IMG/VR virus record: IMGVR_UViG_3300046526_000553
Coordinates: 79,779-143,778 of that record
Strand: one strand, 5' to 3'
Length of the DNA: 64,000 nucleotides
Source: a virus
Lineage: Duplodnaviria > Caudoviricetes
Position 1 is the stretch's first letter. Each line of letters starts with the position of its first letter. The notes beneath the pieces were generated by a model, which was given only the letters and a program-made list of their open reading frames with translations, was not told where the DNA came from and made no database searches. Shown piece by piece: positions 60,988 to 64,000 of the stretch. Both the position numbers and the translations under genes were made by a program.

Positions 60988-62064
60988 ATGGCTAACGAAG
61001 TACAAAAATATATCAGTAATGATAGTGTTCAGGCAAGGATTAACAAGTTACTGGATAAACGAGCCAGCCAATTTACGACAAGTCTGTTAGCAGCAGTAAA
61101 TACTAATAACCGTTTAGCAAACTGCAAGCCTGAGACAGTATTAAATGCTGCCCTTACTGCAGCCAGTCTTAATTTACCAATTAACTCCAATTTAGGTTTC
61201 GCAGCCCTCGTACCGTATGGTAATTCGTGCCAGTTCCAAATTATGGTGCGTGGATTTATACAATTAGCACAGCGTTCAGGACAATATCAAACCATTTCAG
61301 CGACACCCGTGTATGAAGGGCAGCTGGTGAGTGAAGACCCCTTAAAAGGATTTGTTTGGGACTGGTCAGTTAAACCAAAACCTGATGAACAGCCGATAGG
61401 TTATGCTGCATATTTTGAGTTACTTAATGGCTTCAGTAAAACTTTATATATGGATATGGATACCATAAATGTTCATGGGAAGCGTTATTCTAAAACATTC
61501 AATGATGGTCCATGGAAAAGCAACTTTGAAGCCATGGCATTGAAGACAGTTTTGAAATTACTTATAGCAAGATTCGGACCAATGTCTACCGAAATGGAAA
61601 CTGCATTAGAAAGCGACCAAGCTGTAATAGGCGATGATAAAGAATATATAGACAACCCACAGACAGCCCCCGAGAAGCCTAAGAAAGAAGTAAAGTCATA
61701 TGTGAGCGCCGAAGAGGTTAAGACCGCTCCAGCAGCTTCAAAAGAGCCACAGGAGCCTGTCGCAGACGAGCCAGAACATGATGAAAAAGAACTGGAGGCG
61801 ATGCGTGAGTCAATTACCTCCGCTACTGAGCTATTAGAGATTGAGCCAAAAGAATTACAAAGAATCTACTTAGAAGTATCAAGCTTAGATAACTTGGGGG
61901 AAATGAATTATGAACAGCTCAATGCCGTTTATGATTATTTAAGCGAGATTGAACATCAGCGCTCAGAAGAAGATGCTGCAGAGCAGAAGGGGGAGCAGAC
62001 AACTTTGGGTAAGGTTCAGACTATCTTCGATGGTGGTGAAGATGTAACTCCCAAAAAATCGTGA
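60988..62064 (+). CDS. recT: RecT-family single-strand annealing recombinase
   Basis: AASLNLPIN.NLGFAALVPY...QFQI..RGFIQLAQRSGQY...W..NFEAMALKTVLK. Confidence 0.92.
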   Translation: MANEVQKYISNDSVQARINKLLDKRASQFTTSLLAAVNTNNRLANCKPETVLNAALTAASLNLPINSNLGFAALVPYGNSCQFQIMVRGFIQLAQRSGQYQTISATPVYEGQLVSEDPLKGFVWDWSVKPKPDEQPIGYAAYFELLNGFSKTLYMDMDTINVHGKRYSKTFNDGPWKSNFEAMALKTVLKLLIARFGPMSTEMETALESDQAVIGDDKEYIDNPQTAPEKPKKEVKSYVSAEEVKTAPAASKEPQEPVADEPEHDEKELEAMRESITSATELLEIEPKELQRIYLEVSSLDNLGEMNYEQLNAVYDYLSEIEHQRSEEDAAEQKGEQTTLGKVQTIFDGGEDVTPKKS

Positions 62065-62205
62065 TATAATGTTAGGGTGAGTCGTAAGTCCGTTATATTT
62101 TTGAGGGCAATCTCTCGCCAATGGGTGTTCCGGCGGTAAGTCAGACTCACTATGTAAAGGTTAGTACCATTTACAAACTTTATTTGAACACCCATCAAAG
62201 TTCAT

Positions 62206-62572
62206 GGGGATGAAATAGATTTCGACAGTACATTGATAATTAGAGAAGCAGGCCGCTTGTTCAGCGTTATAGGGCACAATGTTTTAGATGCAAAATCTCA
62301 AACTATTAGCGACATGGTAGACAGTATCTTCGCTGGACGCCAGACCGCATCAGTCTCAGTCTGAAATTGAGACCACTTAATCCGAGTTCTTTGTTAGTAG
62401 GAGGCGGTGTCATATCAAACAAAGTGGTGAGTCAGCGTTTGCTAGAACGTAAAACTAGCTGGCGACGGGTGAACACACCCCAGTTGTTTGTGACTTTAAA
62501 CAAACTAAGCCTGTAGAAAACTAATTTGAAAAAATGCTGGACTCCAAGGGCAGAGCTTGGACATCTCCACCA
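62206..62572 (+). ncRNA. ssrA: tmRNA, one-piece
   Basis: Acceptor stem GGGGATG/CATCTCC with G3.U wobble and encoded ACCA end; GATTTCGAC near the 5' end; tag frame 62290-62364 AKSQTISDMVDSIFAGRQTASVSV*. Confidence 0.93.
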
Positions 62573-62578
62573 GTTTTA

Positions 62579-63826
62579 TCAGTAAAGATTCTTATAAACT
62601 TTTTGTCCAGTATTAATAGCAGCAGATATAGCTGCAGCAGTTGCGGATAGCAGAATATCTTTGTTCGAATTTATGTGAACCCAGTTAAAGCCACTTGATA
62701 GGATAATTGCGAACCATGTCTCTATAAATGTCTTGCCAGCACGTACCAATACATCTGTTAGATGGTCTTTCACCGTTACGGGATTGCTAGCACCGCCAAA
62801 CCATGTATCAAGTGAATTATGAATCGTATCAATTATACCGTTGACCTGTGCTTCAGACATGGTTGGTTCCGACGGAGGGGTAGGAGCTGTAATTGGGTCT
62901 GGTATAGACCCCGATGCAGGGGTATTTACAATCGGTGATTCAGGCTCTTCGACCGGAGGTATCGGTGTTGTTTCAATCGGAGGCACGGTTGTTACTGGAG
63001 GTTTAACCCCGTCAACATTAGTACCATTACCATTCGTTCCGTTGGTGGGAGGTAAGGCTGTAGTCGTGATGGGGGGTACCGGAGTGGGAGAGGGTGCTGG
63101 CACAGGTGTTGGCTGAGGGGTAGGGTTAGCTTTCGGAGCAGGTGGGCTGATAGGCGAGACCTTCGGTGCAGGAGTAGGTGCCGGTACTGTGACAGGACTT
63201 GGCTTCGCATATCTATCCCAAGCATCAAGACTTGTTGCAAAAATAGCATCGAGGTCAACTGGATGCAGTGAACCAACTGTTCCATTCGAACTGTATTGCT
63301 GACCGAAATAGAACGGCCAATGCTCAAGATGGACAGTACCTGCAGGAGATACAGCATAGTTGGCAATAATAAGACCGTAACCAGATTTAACAATCGTTGA
63401 CCAGTTAGCATTATTCTCTGTAGCTTGATTCATATATAACAATGGCTTGAAACCAAGTAGGGAAGTAGCGACAGTTAAGAATTCCTGCGCCCATACTGGG
63501 TCGCTAGGACCGAACGTATCAATATCCAGAATGGCAACTTCTTTAGGGTTTAGTTTACCCCAAACTTTACTCACGACGAATCGTGCTTCAGATTGCGGGT
63601 TACTACCAAGCCCAGCAAAGTGGTAAACGCCTCGTTTAAAATTAGTTGTTCGAAGTAATGCTAAGGTGTTAGCGAATTCACTATCGACATAGAGACCATC
63701 ATCGCCACCGCTGCCCTTTAAATACCAGAATACTTTGCCAGCTGCTTTGGCTGCATTTATGTCTGGTTGAGTTATTTTACCGTTCCAACGGCTTGTGTCC
63801 AATCCGTAATAGGTGTTGACTGCCAT
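62579..63826 (-). CDS. GH25 muramidase endolysin with Pro/Thr linker and C-terminal holin-like segment
   Basis: GLDTSRWNG, KGSGG, GVYHF, LDID, PLLY, QYSSNG...VDLD; tail RAGKTFIETW...AAAISAAIN. Confidence 0.88.
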   Translation of the reverse strand: MAVNTYYGLDTSRWNGKITQPDINAAKAAGKVFWYLKGSGGDDGLYVDSEFANTLALLRTTNFKRGVYHFAGLGSNPQSEARFVVSKVWGKLNPKEVAILDIDTFGPSDPVWAQEFLTVATSLLGFKPLLYMNQATENNANWSTIVKSGYGLIIANYAVSPAGTVHLEHWPFYFGQQYSSNGTVGSLHPVDLDAIFATSLDAWDRYAKPSPVTVPAPTPAPKVSPISPPAPKANPTPQPTPVPAPSPTPVPPITTTALPPTNGTNGNGTNVDGVKPPVTTVPPIETTPIPPVEEPESPIVNTPASGSIPDPITAPTPPSEPTMSEAQVNGIIDTIHNSLDTWFGGASNPVTVKDHLTDVLVRAGKTFIETWFAIILSSGFNWVHINSNKDILLSATAAAISAAINTGQKVYKNLY

Positions 63827-64000
63827 GTTAAATCCTATCTTTGTTCATTCCTATTTACATTAACGTCAGTGTAGCAGGTTTCGATATAAAATACAAGTTG
63901 TGTCATTTCTTCTTTTTCCTCCCTGCGCTCTCTTGCCATCTAATATGTTTGTTAATAGCCTCACTCAATTCATGAATCTCACGAGTCAGTTTGGTATTTT

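Overview
This window is part of a large, AT-rich tailed-phage (Caudoviricetes-type) genome read in the standard genetic code. The likely host is Candidatus Saccharibacteria (CPR), inferred mainly from two KGG-type stress proteins. Layout: (1-6.3 kb) mosaic small ORFs sharing identical nucleotide boxes; (6303-9660) an IS1595-family transposon with terminal inverted repeats and passenger genes; (10.4-19.4 kb) a low-density block of promoter-gene-terminator cassettes that looks like an early/host-takeover region; (19.57-20.03 kb) a cryptic array with a 31-bp period; (21-45 kb) many small genes, HNH nucleases, a DUF6745-like gene with a 9-bp repeat, and a replication initiator plus DnaB-like helicase; (45.18-46.06 kb) a GC-rich non-coding array of G-D-Y-N-N pentamers punctuated by GCAGG, with two promoters; then terminase, vWA, beta-clamp, a transglycosylase, RusA, exonuclease/RecT, a complete tmRNA and a GH25 endolysin with a holin-like tail. 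The pentamer array is the strongest candidate for an unusual system: it looks like a guide-RNA array whose information lies in the variable dinucleotides, and I found no effector gene for it in this window. A conserved GYTGGTGTAT box sits inside about 20 sigma70-type promoters, in both orientations. All family calls come from motif recognition by eye, not database searches.
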